NCBI GenBank assembly: GCA_963766185.1
Contig: CAVXZU010000012.1
Span: 18,212 to 82,211, forward strand
Direction of reading: 5' to 3'
Origin: an uncultured delta proteobacterium
GTDB taxonomy: Bacteria; Desulfobacterota; Desulfobaccia; Desulfobaccales; 0-14-0-80-60-11
Length of the DNA: 64,000 bases
Part shown: positions 9,053 to 18,836 of the stretch, one piece after another
How the letters are laid out: every line of letters begins with the position of its first letter
How positions within the stretch are numbered: position 1 is the first letter of the stretch
Notes under the pieces: generated by a model
The model's database searches: none
What the model was told of the DNA's origin: nothing
What the model saw: the letters and a program-made list of their open reading frames with translations, nothing else
Made by a program: the position numbers and the translations under genes

Positions 9053-9895
9053 ATGCGAACCCGGGAACGGATGTTGCCCGTGGGCTGGTACCCTGCCAGC
9101 GTCAGCGCCTGCAAGGCGGAAATTGAACACTTCATCACCGGGACGACGCCCCTGCCCCCGGGGACCACCGTGTACGGCGGCATCGTGCCCCATGCCGGCT
9201 GGCACTTCTCCGGCAAGGCCGCGGCCCGGGTTTTTTCCCTGGCCGCCAAGGCCGGCCAACCGCAGGTGGTGTGTGTTTTCGGCGGGCACCTGGGCGGCAA
9301 CTCGCCCCCCCTCCTGGTCGCGGACGACGCCTGGGAGACCCCCCTGGGCGACCTCACCCTGGCCACGGAGTTCTACCCGCCCCTGGCGAAACGCCTGACC
9401 CTCCGGGAGGAGTCCCCCGGGGATAACACCATCGAGGTGCAGCTGCCTTTCGTCAAATACTTTTTCCCCCAGGCCAGACTCCTGGCCCTGCGCGCCCCCC
9501 ACTCGGCTGCGGCCATCGAACTGGGCCAGGCCGTGGCCGCGGTGGCCAAAGAGCTAAAGGTCAGCATCCTGGTCTTCGGGTCCACCGACCTGACCCACTA
9601 TGGCCCCAACTACGGCTTCGCCCCCCAGGGCTTCGGCCCCGAAGCGGTGAAGTGGGTGAAAGAAGTCAACGATAAGAAATTCATCGACCAGGCCCTGAAA
9701 CTGGACGGCGCCGGGATGCTCAAGACCGCTCTTCAGGACCAGAGCGCCTGCAGCGCCGGGGGGGCCGTGGCCGCCGTGGCCGCCGCCAAGGCCGAAGGCG
9801 CCCATAAAGCCGCGCTCATCGACTACTACACCAGCTACGACGTCATGCCCGGCGATTCCTTCGTGGGCTACGCGGGAATCGTCTTGGAGGGGTGA
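9053..9895 (+). CDS. Memo-like protein / AmmeMemoRadiSam system protein B
   Basis: GIVPHAGWHFSG, IEVQLPF and GSTDLTHYG motifs. AAGGAGG lies 5 nt upstream of ATG 9053. Confidence 0.75.
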   Translation: MRTRERMLPVGWYPASVSACKAEIEHFITGTTPLPPGTTVYGGIVPHAGWHFSGKAAARVFSLAAKAGQPQVVCVFGGHLGGNSPPLLVADDAWETPLGDLTLATEFYPPLAKRLTLREESPGDNTIEVQLPFVKYFFPQARLLALRAPHSAAAIELGQAVAAVAKELKVSILVFGSTDLTHYGPNYGFAPQGFGPEAVKWVKEVNDKKFIDQALKLDGAGMLKTALQDQSACSAGGAVAAVAAAKAEGAHKAALIDYYTSYDVMPGDSFVGYAGIVLEG

Positions 9896-9899
9896 GGCT

Positions 9900-9928
9900 G
9901 TAGGGGCGGGTTTCAAACCCGCCCCTAC
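9900..9928. repeat. GC-rich palindromic module gtaggggcggg-N-cccgcccctac
   Basis: Perfect 11-bp arms. Related copies at 18462-18487 and 53929-53956. Confidence 0.8.
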
Positions 9929-9974
9929 GATTTGCGGGAAGGATGGGAGGATTTTTTGAGGAAGGGCGAGGGCC

Positions 9975-10063
9975 GGTGGCACAGGCGTCTCGCCGGTGAT
10001 TCCAGCCCCCCACACCCCCTCCCACCCCCTGTGCTGGTTGGTGGCACAGGCGTCCCGCCGGTG
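9975..10063 (+). repeat. Two direct copies of the module ggtggcacaggcgtc(t/c)cgccggtg
   Basis: Copies at 9975-9998 and 10040-10063. An inverted, diverged copy lies at about 10932-10953 on the other side of the DUF2971 gene. Confidence 0.8.
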
Positions 10064-10133
10064 CGGGGAACCGATCTTCTTAGGGTGCGCCCTGCGCATC
10101 TTAAATAAATGAGCTTTTGGGGTGCAAATTCGC

Positions 10134-10911
10134 ATGTCAAAAGAGGGCCCGCAATTCTTATACCGCTACCGCCATCTTCAAGGCGACCAATGCAAGTACA
10201 CAAGCCAGATATTCACCAATTCTGTTCTGTACTTTCCTTCCCCTGCTAAGTTTAACGACCCATTCGATTGCAAAGTTCATTTTCAGTCTTCAATTCCATT
10301 AGATAAACTCCATCAAATATATGAAGAACTGATTCAGAGGTTCTTACCCCACCTCAGTCTAGAACAGCGCAAAGCCAAGATAGCCCAAGATATTGCACGA
10401 ATGAATCCCAACGATTTCATTAAAGCTATAACACACAGTCTTCAACAGGATGTGGATCGATTAGGTGTGCTCTCGCTATCCGCAACAGACCGAGATATTC
10501 TTCTCTGGTCGCATTACGGCGCAGGTCATTCAGGACTCTGCCTTCAATTCCTGGCTACAGAACACACCACTTTTTTCGTTCGGGCTCAGCCTGTACAATA
10601 TTCAACCGAATATCCTATTGTCTTTCTCCCGGATTCCCCCCAAAAACAGGTTGAATCGTTTTTATTGACCAAAGCCTGTGACTGGAAATATGAAAAAGAA
10701 TGGCGCATCATTGAGCATGACAATGGCCCTGGAAAACAGGTCTTTCCAGAAGAACTACTGGTTGGGGTGATTTTCGGGCGCGCGGATGTCACCTGAAGAT
10801 AAAGATTACGTTGTCAATTTAGTGGGAATGCGCAAATCACCAGTCAAAATCTACCAAGCCTCAGTTAGCAAAGGGTCCTATTCCTTGGATATCAAACTTT
10901 ATGAACCCTAA
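10134..10911 (+). pseudogene. DUF2971-family protein, frameshifted near 10775-10785, in an AT-richer islet
   Basis: LYRYR...LYFPSPAKFNDPFD...LLWSHYGAGHSGLCLQF are DUF2971 hallmarks. After VIFG the reading continues in another frame as ARMSPEDKDYVVNLVGMRKSPVKIYQASVSKGSYSLDIKLYEP. Confidence 0.6.
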
Positions 10912-10953
10912 AAGAAGCTACGATTTGATCACCCGCGAGACGCCGATGCCACC

Positions 10954-10995
10954 AAAAAAAGGGGCGACCCGACGGGTCGCCCCTACCATTTTTTC
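10954..10995. terminator. Bidirectional rho-independent terminator between the DUF2971 gene and groEL
   Basis: aaaaaaa, then ggggcgacc-cgacg-ggtcgcccc, then a tttttt run. It has a U-run on both strands. Confidence 0.65.
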
Positions 10996-11061
10996 TTACG
11001 GGATTGGGGGTATGGGCGAGTGGAAAATGGATTTCCCCCAGGCTGGAAGCCTGGGCCACTA

Positions 11062-12792
<1,731 letters not shown>

Positions 12793-12822
12793 TCAAGGTT
12801 CGTTGCTGGGAAAAACCTGCGG

Positions 12823-13113
12823 TTAATCGTTGATGACAGCCAGGATGTCCTCTTCCCGCATCATCAAATATTCTTCGCCTTCCATCTTGATTTCGGTGCC
12901 GGCATACTTGCCGAAGAGCACCCGGTCGCCTTCTTTGAGTTGCAGGGCCATGCGGGCGCCGGCATCGCTCATTTTGCCGGGGCCGACCGCGATGACTTTG
13001 CCCTCAATGGGCTTTTCTTTGGCGGTGTCGGGAATCAGGATGCCGCCTTTGGTGACCTGAACCTCTTCCATCCGTTTGACCAGAACCCGATCATTCAAGG
13101 GTTTGATTTTCAT
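12823..13113 (-). CDS. groES: Co-chaperonin GroES
   Basis: [14 protein letters not shown]...[22 protein letters not shown]; 96 aa. Confidence 0.95.
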   Translation of the reverse strand: MKIKPLNDRVLVKRMEEVQVTKGGILIPDTAKEKPIEGKVIAVGPGKMSDAGARMALQLKEGDRVLFGKYAGTEIKMEGEEYLMMREEDILAVIND

Positions 13114-13152
13114 ATACTTCCTCCTTGCATAAGTTAAGGGTAGCTTTTCCTA

Positions 13153-13179
13153 TTAGCACTCATCTACCTTGAGTGCTAA
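13153..13179 (-). promoter_or_regulatory. CIRCE operator (HrcA binding site)
   Basis: ttagcactc-N9-gagtgctaa is an exact match to the consensus inverted repeat. It sits in the groES leader. Confidence 0.9.
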
Positions 13180-13190
13180 TTAACAGGCTA

Positions 13191-13218
13191 ATTGTAACCA
13201 CTCTCCCGGGAAAAGCAA
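13191..13218 (-). promoter_or_regulatory. Candidate sigma-70 promoter for groESL (TTGCTT-16-TACAAT on the reverse strand)
   Basis: The reverse strand reads ttgctt, 16 nt, tacaat immediately upstream of CIRCE. Confidence 0.45.
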
Positions 13219-13273
13219 GGGGGGCCTTAAAAAATTTTTGCGGGGGAAGGTGCGGGGCCGAAGCCCGGTAAGA

Positions 13274-14821
13274 TTACCGGGCTTCGGAAACCATGAGGGC
13301 ACGCTTGGACTTGGACTTAGACTTGGAATACTTGTCCTTGGACCGGCTGGTCTTCTTGGTTCTGCTGCCATTCCTGGCGGCGTTGTTGCTCTTTTTCGCC
13401 AACCGGGTCTGGCTCGATTTCTTGCCTTTGGCGGCCGACCCTTTGGCCCGGCTCTTGGAGGTCCCGATGAGGGCCGTCTTGGTCTTCTTGGCGTCACCGT
13501 GCTTGGCGGCCAGAGACGGCGTCCCGAACAGAGAGGCCTGCACCACCCGGGCGCCGCCGGACTTAGCCGGGGCGTGATGGGCCGGTTTCTCGTGCTTGGC
13601 ATAGGTCCGGCTCGCGGCCTTCTTGTGGGCCGGGGCAGAACTCCGGGTCTTGCCGCTGGACTTGTGGGCCACGCTGGCGTGGTGGCTCGAGGCGCTCTTG
13701 CCCCGGGAATAGGACGGTCTGGAACTCCTGGCCGTCCGGATCGGGTGGGAGGCCACCGCCGGATGCTCGATGCGGGCGATGGTAATGTTTTTGGTGAACA
13801 GCTCTTTGCTGTGGGGAGGCAGATTCAGCTTGTAAGACGGCGCATCCGGGGGAGTGATGCCCCGGAGCAATTCCGGGTTGAGCCCGGCCACTTCTTCCAC
13901 GGGAACGTTCACTGCCACCGCCGCGGCCGTCAGCGAGGTGGTCTCGGTTACCGGCACCTTGTCATATTTGACCGGCGGCAGATAAGGCACGTTTTTGAAC
14001 CCGAACTTTTCCGGGTTCTTGGCGATGATGGTGGCCGCAATCATCTGGGGCACGTAATTCTTGGTCTCGGTGGGTAGGCACTGATTGGCCGAGAGTTCCC
14101 AGAAGTTTTTGTGATTGCTCTGGTTCAGTTCCCGCTGCACCCGGCCCTCGCCGCAGTTGTAGGAGGCCGCCGCCAGATACCACGAACCGAACTGCTTATA
14201 GAGGTCCAGCAGGTATTGGGCTGCCGCCCGGGTGGCCTTTTCCGGGTCCCGGCGCTCATCCACGTAGCCGTCGATGGCCAAGCCATAGCGCAGACCGGTG
14301 CCTTTGATGAACTGCCACATGCCGCAGGCCGCGGCCGGGGAATAGGCTTTGTTGTTGAAGCCGCTCTCGATCATGGCCAGATAGGCCATATCTTCCGGGA
14401 GGCCGGCCTCCTGGAAGACTTCCTTGATCATGGGCAGATAACGGCTGGAACGGGCCAGGTAGCGCGTGATCACCGCTTTGCGCTCGGTGGAGAAATAGAC
14501 CAGGTAGGCCCTGACCTGCTTGTTCATCTGGATGGGCACATCAAATTTGACCTGATGCTCCCAATTCTTCAACTCTTGTTCCAGGCTGGGGTCCCAACCG
14601 GGGACGCCGCTCTTGGCATAGAGCTCTTCCAGGCGCGTGGCGCTCAACTCTTCGGTCAGGGTGGCATCTTCAGGACCGTCGTCGGTTACGGGAGCGGTCA
14701 TTTCTGGCTGGACCGGCTCCGCTTTAACTAAGGCACCTTTTGGACCCCCGCCACATCCCGCCAACAATGCTACGCAAACTACTACCCCCATGAGCCAGGA
14801 TATCATAGAGACTCCTTTCAC
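13274..14821 (-). CDS. Lipoprotein lytic transglycosylase (MltD/Slt-like) with a long basic low-complexity C-terminal tail
   Basis: LLAGCGG lipobox. The SLT catalytic region reads AMIESGFNNKAYSPAAACGMWQF. The last ~170 aa are K/R/S/A/H-rich. Confidence 0.8.
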   Translation of the reverse strand: MKGVSMISWLMGVVVCVALLAGCGGGPKGALVKAEPVQPEMTAPVTDDGPEDATLTEELSATRLEELYAKSGVPGWDPSLEQELKNWEHQVKFDVPIQMNKQVRAYLVYFSTERKAVITRYLARSSRYLPMIKEVFQEAGLPEDMAYLAMIESGFNNKAYSPAAACGMWQFIKGTGLRYGLAIDGYVDERRDPEKATRAAAQYLLDLYKQFGSWYLAAASYNCGEGRVQRELNQSNHKNFWELSANQCLPTETKNYVPQMIAATIIAKNPEKFGFKNVPYLPPVKYDKVPVTETTSLTAAAVAVNVPVEEVAGLNPELLRGITPPDAPSYKLNLPPHSKELFTKNITIARIEHPAVASHPIRTARSSRPSYSRGKSASSHHASVAHKSSGKTRSSAPAHKKAASRTYAKHEKPAHHAPAKSGGARVVQASLFGTPSLAAKHGDAKKTKTALIGTSKSRAKGSAAKGKKSSQTRLAKKSNNAARNGSRTKKTSRSKDKYSKSKSKSKRALMVSEAR

Positions 14822-15032
14822 CTGCTGGTCCGGGTTTGCGCTGCTTCAGGTCTATAAATGAAAATCGTTTCCTCCCCCGAGGCGGACCGATAGACCTGGG
14901 ATTTGTCTCATATAGCACCATTTTTAGCACATGGCAAGAAAAAAACGTAGGCTGTATCTGATTTTCCCGGCCTTGGCCTCTTTTAAGTTGTTTTCGCCGT
15001 GGTTATCATAAAGAGCGGGAGAGATAAAAACC

Positions 15033-15956
15033 ATGAAGCATTTCAGATATCTGGCCAATCTGGAGATCGCTCTGGCCCTGGCCGGCTGGGCCGTCGGCCT
15101 TTGGGGCCTGGTTCAGGGGGAAAAATTCATTCTCCAGTATCTCTATTTCTTCGCCTGGTATCCCTATATCGCCTTCCTGGACGGCCTCTTGTTCCGGCTC
15201 CGGGGCCGGTCCTGGCTCCTGACTCAGCCCCGCAGGTTTCTCCGGATGTGCTTCTGGTCCGTGACCGTCTGGCTCAGCTTCGAAGCCTTCAACCTGGCCC
15301 TGAAAAACTGGGGGTATGTGGCCATGGAGCCCGCCCTTTGGATCCGCTGGAGCGGCTATATCCTGGCCTTTGCCACGGTGCTCCCCGGGGTGCTCTTAAC
15401 CGCCCAGGTCTTAGACGCCCTGGGGGCCTTTCGACACCTGAAAGCCCGGCCCTGCAACCCGGGAGCCTGGCAGCCGGCGTCCCTTTTGGTCGGCGTCGCC
15501 TTGCTGGTCCTGCCCTTAACCTTTCCCCGCTACGCCTACCCCCTGATCTGGGGAGCCATGTTCTTCCTCCTGGACCCCTTCTCCTGGCTTTTGGGCGGCC
15601 CCTCCCTCATCGCCCGCTTCATTGCGGGCGAACGCCGGGAGCATGTTGGTCTGTTGGCCGCGGGCCTGATCTGCGGCCTCTGGTGGGAAGCCTGGAATTA
15701 CTTTGCCATCGCCAAGTGGGTCTACACCCTGCCGGTGATCGGCTTCGCCAAGGTCTTCGAGATGCCGGTCCTGGGGTTCCTGGGGTTTCCCCCCTTTGCC
15801 CTGGAGTGCGCCGTCATGTATAATTTCCTCACGGCTTTAGATGATCGGGTGCTCACCACCCCGGCCCGACGGCGTTATGCCACTCTAGTCCATCTATCCT
15901 TTTGGATCATCATGTTTGCCGCCATCGACGCGGCGACGGTGATTTCGTATCGGTGA
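15033..15956 (+). CDS. Integral membrane protein of unknown function
   Basis: 307 aa with about 8 hydrophobic segments rich in W/F/Y. No family recognised. Confidence 0.5.
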   Translation: MKHFRYLANLEIALALAGWAVGLWGLVQGEKFILQYLYFFAWYPYIAFLDGLLFRLRGRSWLLTQPRRFLRMCFWSVTVWLSFEAFNLALKNWGYVAMEPALWIRWSGYILAFATVLPGVLLTAQVLDALGAFRHLKARPCNPGAWQPASLLVGVALLVLPLTFPRYAYPLIWGAMFFLLDPFSWLLGGPSLIARFIAGERREHVGLLAAGLICGLWWEAWNYFAIAKWVYTLPVIGFAKVFEMPVLGFLGFPPFALECAVMYNFLTALDDRVLTTPARRRYATLVHLSFWIIMFAAIDAATVISYR

Positions 15957-16038
15957 GCCGTGAGCGGTGAGCAGTTTTTTCGTAGGGCGCGTCTCACGCG
16001 CCATCTCGGTGCGTAGGACGCACCCTACGGGGCGGGCA

Positions 16039-16624
16039 ATGAAAAATCGAAAACCACCTCAAGCTCGAGTAGCAAAAAAGCGAGATGTTCACACATACGC
16101 AGAGCTCTGGCATGGTTCAAGAGTTTTATGAGAGCGTGCGCAAGCCGAGCCGAAAGGCTCAAAATGGCTTTGGATGGGGAGCCTTTTGTTAACTGCCTTT
16201 TCTTTTGAGGCCTATCTCAATCATATTGGCCCTGAAGTCTTTGAATGTTGGGATGTCCTTGAGGTCCTCTCACCTGAGGGCAAGCTCGAGATAATTTGCG
16301 AAAGTATGGGAATAGTCTTTTTTAAGGACGAGCGCCCCTACCAAACTATTCACGAGCTCATTAAATTCCGTAATAATTTAGCGCATGGTAAAACGGTCAC
16401 CGTTAAAAAAAATACAAATCGCGACGTCGATACAATATCTCGACGAGTTTCTCGCTATACGCCCTTTAGCCATCTGGGAAGATTATTGTACCGAAAAGAA
16501 CGCTATAAGGGCACGCGATGACGTCGAGAAGATATTACGACTGATTCATGAAAAGGTAAAAACGGAAGAAGCGCCATTATTTGGATTCGGCATATATACG
16601 GCTTCGGCTTCTTTGGATCAATAA
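16039..16624 (+). pseudogene. Degraded HEPN-like (Rx4H) gene in an AT-richer islet, at least 2 frameshifts
   Basis: Three frames join to MKNRKPPQARVAKKRDVHTYAELWHGS / ...LLLTAFSFEAYLNHIGPEVFE...LIKFRNNLAHGKTV / LDEFLAIRPLAIWEDYCTEKNAIRARDDVEKILRLIHEKV. RNNLAH fits the HEPN Rx4-6H motif. Confidence 0.45.
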
Positions 16625-16631
16625 CCTGATA

Positions 16632-16657
16632 GGGCGGGCTGTGCCCGCCGATTTTTT
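16632..16657 (+). terminator. Hairpin plus T-run after the HEPN-like remnant
   Basis: gggcgggc-tgt-gcccgcc followed by gatttttt. Confidence 0.5.
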
Positions 16658-16706
16658 GGCGGCCACAGGCCGCCCTATAAAGGCTAAAAACCCATATTTG
16701 AGGAAT

Positions 16707-16731
16707 GGTTCCCAAGTTTAACTTGGGAACC
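16707..16731. repeat. Palindromic module ggttcccaag-N-cttgggaacc
   Basis: Perfect 10-bp arms. A related copy lies at 38100-38121. Confidence 0.75.
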
Positions 16732-16788
16732 AGACAAAAAAGGGCGACCCCGCGGGGCGCCCCTACAGTGCAGGATACGTTCTGATTA

Positions 16789-16820
16789 ACGGAAAACGGA
16801 AAACGGAAAACGGAAAACGG
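16789..16820 (+). repeat. Tandem heptamer tract (GGAAAAC, about 4.5 units) abutting the rimO start
   Basis: acggaaaacggaaaacggaaaacggaaaacgg, read directly. Confidence 0.9.
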
Positions 16821-16829
16821 GTCTACGCG

Positions 16830-18182
16830 GTGTCCCTGGGCTGCCCCAAGAACCTGGTGGACACCGAGATCATGCTGGGGGGGCTCACCCGCGCCGGCTG
16901 GGAGGTCACCGGGGAGCCCGGCGCCGCCGATCTCCTCCTGGTCAACACCTGCGGCTTCATCGAGCCCGCCTGTAAGGAGGCGGTGGATACCATCCTGGAC
17001 CTAGCCCGTCTGAAGGAAGCCCGGCCGGAGGTTCGCCTGGTGGTGGCCGGCTGCCTGGTCCAGCGCTATGGCCCGGAGCTCACGAAAGACCTCCCGGAAG
17101 TCGACCTGTTCATCGGGGTAAACGACTTCCCCGCCCTGCCCGGCCTCCTGGACCGGCCCCGGGCCGCCGGCCCCGCTCGCCTGGTGCATGGCTCCCCGCC
17201 CTACGCCTATGCCGGGGTCGAGGCCCGCTACCCCGCCACGCCCCACCATCTGGCCTACCTGAAGATCGCCGAAGGCTGCGGCCATGGCTGCACCTTTTGT
17301 CTCATCCCCCAGATCAGGGGCCCCATGCGCAGCCGGCCCCTGGACACCCTGGTGCGGGAGGCCGGGAATCTGGCCGCGGCCGGGGTCAAAGAACTCATCC
17401 TGGTGGCCCAGGACACCACCGCCTATGGCCGGGATAAGCCCGGCCACCCCGGCATCGCCGCCCTGCTCCGGGAGGTGGCCGCCCTGGACGGCTTCCGGTG
17501 GATCCGCCTGCTCTACGGCCACCCGGCCCGCATCACCCCGGAGCTCCTGGACACCATGGCCGCCAGCCCCGGGATTGTCCCCTACCTGGACATCCCCATC
17601 CAACACGGCCATGACGAGGTGTTGCGGCGCATGGGCCGGGGCTATACCCGCCGGGACATCCTGGACACGGTTCGGCGCATACGCCAGACCCTCCCCGGGG
17701 CGACGCTCCGCACCACCGTGATGACGGGTTTTCCCGGCGAGACCGAGGCCCACTTCCAGGCCCTCTTCGACCTGATCCAGGAAGTGGGCTTTGACCACCT
17801 GGGGGTTTTCTTCTATTCCCCGGAAGCCGGCACCCCTGCCGCAACCTGGGCCCCCAAGGTGCCCCGGCGGGAGGCCCGCCGCCGGGCCCGCCTCTTAAAA
17901 GCCCTCCAGGCCAGGATCGTCAAGGCCCGGCTCAAGTCCCTGGTGGGGTCCGTGGCCGAGGTCCTGGTGGAAGGGGTGAGCCCCGAGAGCGACTACCTCC
18001 TCACCGGGCGCCTCGCCAGCCAGGCCCCGGACATCGACGGCCAGGTCTATATCACCGCCGGCACCGGCCAGGTGGGAGAGATCCAACCCGTGCGCCTCAC
18101 CCGGGCCCTGCCCTACGACCTGCTGGGGGAGATTATAGAAGAGGGGGAAAAGGGGAAAGGGCGAAAAGGCCAAAAGGGTTGA
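16830..18182 (+). CDS. rimO: Ribosomal protein S12 methylthiotransferase RimO
   Basis: VSLGCPKNLVD, NTCGF, YLKIAEGCGHGCTFCLIPQIRG (radical SAM CxxxCxxC) and a TRAM-like C-terminus. GTG start. The last ~14 aa (EEGEKGKGRKGQKG) come from a purine-rich repeat module. Confidence 0.9.
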   Translation: MSLGCPKNLVDTEIMLGGLTRAGWEVTGEPGAADLLLVNTCGFIEPACKEAVDTILDLARLKEARPEVRLVVAGCLVQRYGPELTKDLPEVDLFIGVNDFPALPGLLDRPRAAGPARLVHGSPPYAYAGVEARYPATPHHLAYLKIAEGCGHGCTFCLIPQIRGPMRSRPLDTLVREAGNLAAAGVKELILVAQDTTAYGRDKPGHPGIAALLREVAALDGFRWIRLLYGHPARITPELLDTMAASPGIVPYLDIPIQHGHDEVLRRMGRGYTRRDILDTVRRIRQTLPGATLRTTVMTGFPGETEAHFQALFDLIQEVGFDHLGVFFYSPEAGTPAATWAPKVPRREARRRARLLKALQARIVKARLKSLVGSVAEVLVEGVSPESDYLLTGRLASQAPDIDGQVYITAGTGQVGEIQPVRLTRALPYDLLGEIIEEGEKGKGRKGQKG

Positions 18183-18279
18183 AGTGCCGCGTGCAAAACT
18201 TGACCACGCGTCATCCCCAACCTACCGTTTCCTCTCATCCTAAAAATTATCTTTAATAACGGCATCATTCTCCCAAGTT

Positions 18280-18409
18280 GAGACCTCTGCGAGAGTCGCA
18301 TGTAGGATAGCCGCCCTCGGCTGTCCATACTCTCATGAGGCGCAGGCGAGGGCGCCGACGCCTCATTTTGATGCGGAAGGATAGCGATAGAGACTTTCGC
18401 AGAGGTCTC
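18280..18409 (+). repeat. 130-nt MITE-like element, family A, copy 1 (TIR gagacctctgcgaRagtc)
   Basis: It begins gagacctctgcgagagtc and ends gactttcgcagaggtctc. The internal ggatagccgccctcggctgtcc and ggcgcaggcgagggcgccgacgc segments are shared with the copies at 28162 and 26476. Confidence 0.85.
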
Positions 18410-18461
18410 AAGTCCGCTTTGAAATGAAACAAACAAATCAGATAATCTATTGATATCACAC

Positions 18462-18487
18462 GTAGGGGCGGGTTTAAAACCCGCCCC
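18462..18487. repeat. Palindromic module gtaggggcggg-N-cccgcccc
   Basis: Near-copy of 9900-9928. Confidence 0.7.
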
Positions 18488-18836
18488 GGCATTACGAACA
18501 CGGCCTAATAGCCTCGGGCCCAAGAGGATTCCTGAAATCCCCCCCCATTAAGTCAATGCCGCTTTTCAGATCATATCCACAACTTTTTGAAATTCATAAG
18601 AAAATTTTCTCGTGGCGAGATAGGCGTAACCACAAAGCAGCCCAGGGCTCAGGATGATAAGCCTTCGCGTGACGTCCCCCCCCCGAGTGACCAGGCACTG
18701 CCTCAGAGGCACCTGAGGGAACCGCAGGCAATCTTTAATTTAAGAAATAAGGAGAATAGCCCGTTATATAGTCACAGTTGATTATCTTTTCTTTGATTAT
18801 TTATGTGGATGATTTGGTCGCCGAATCGGGAGATTT

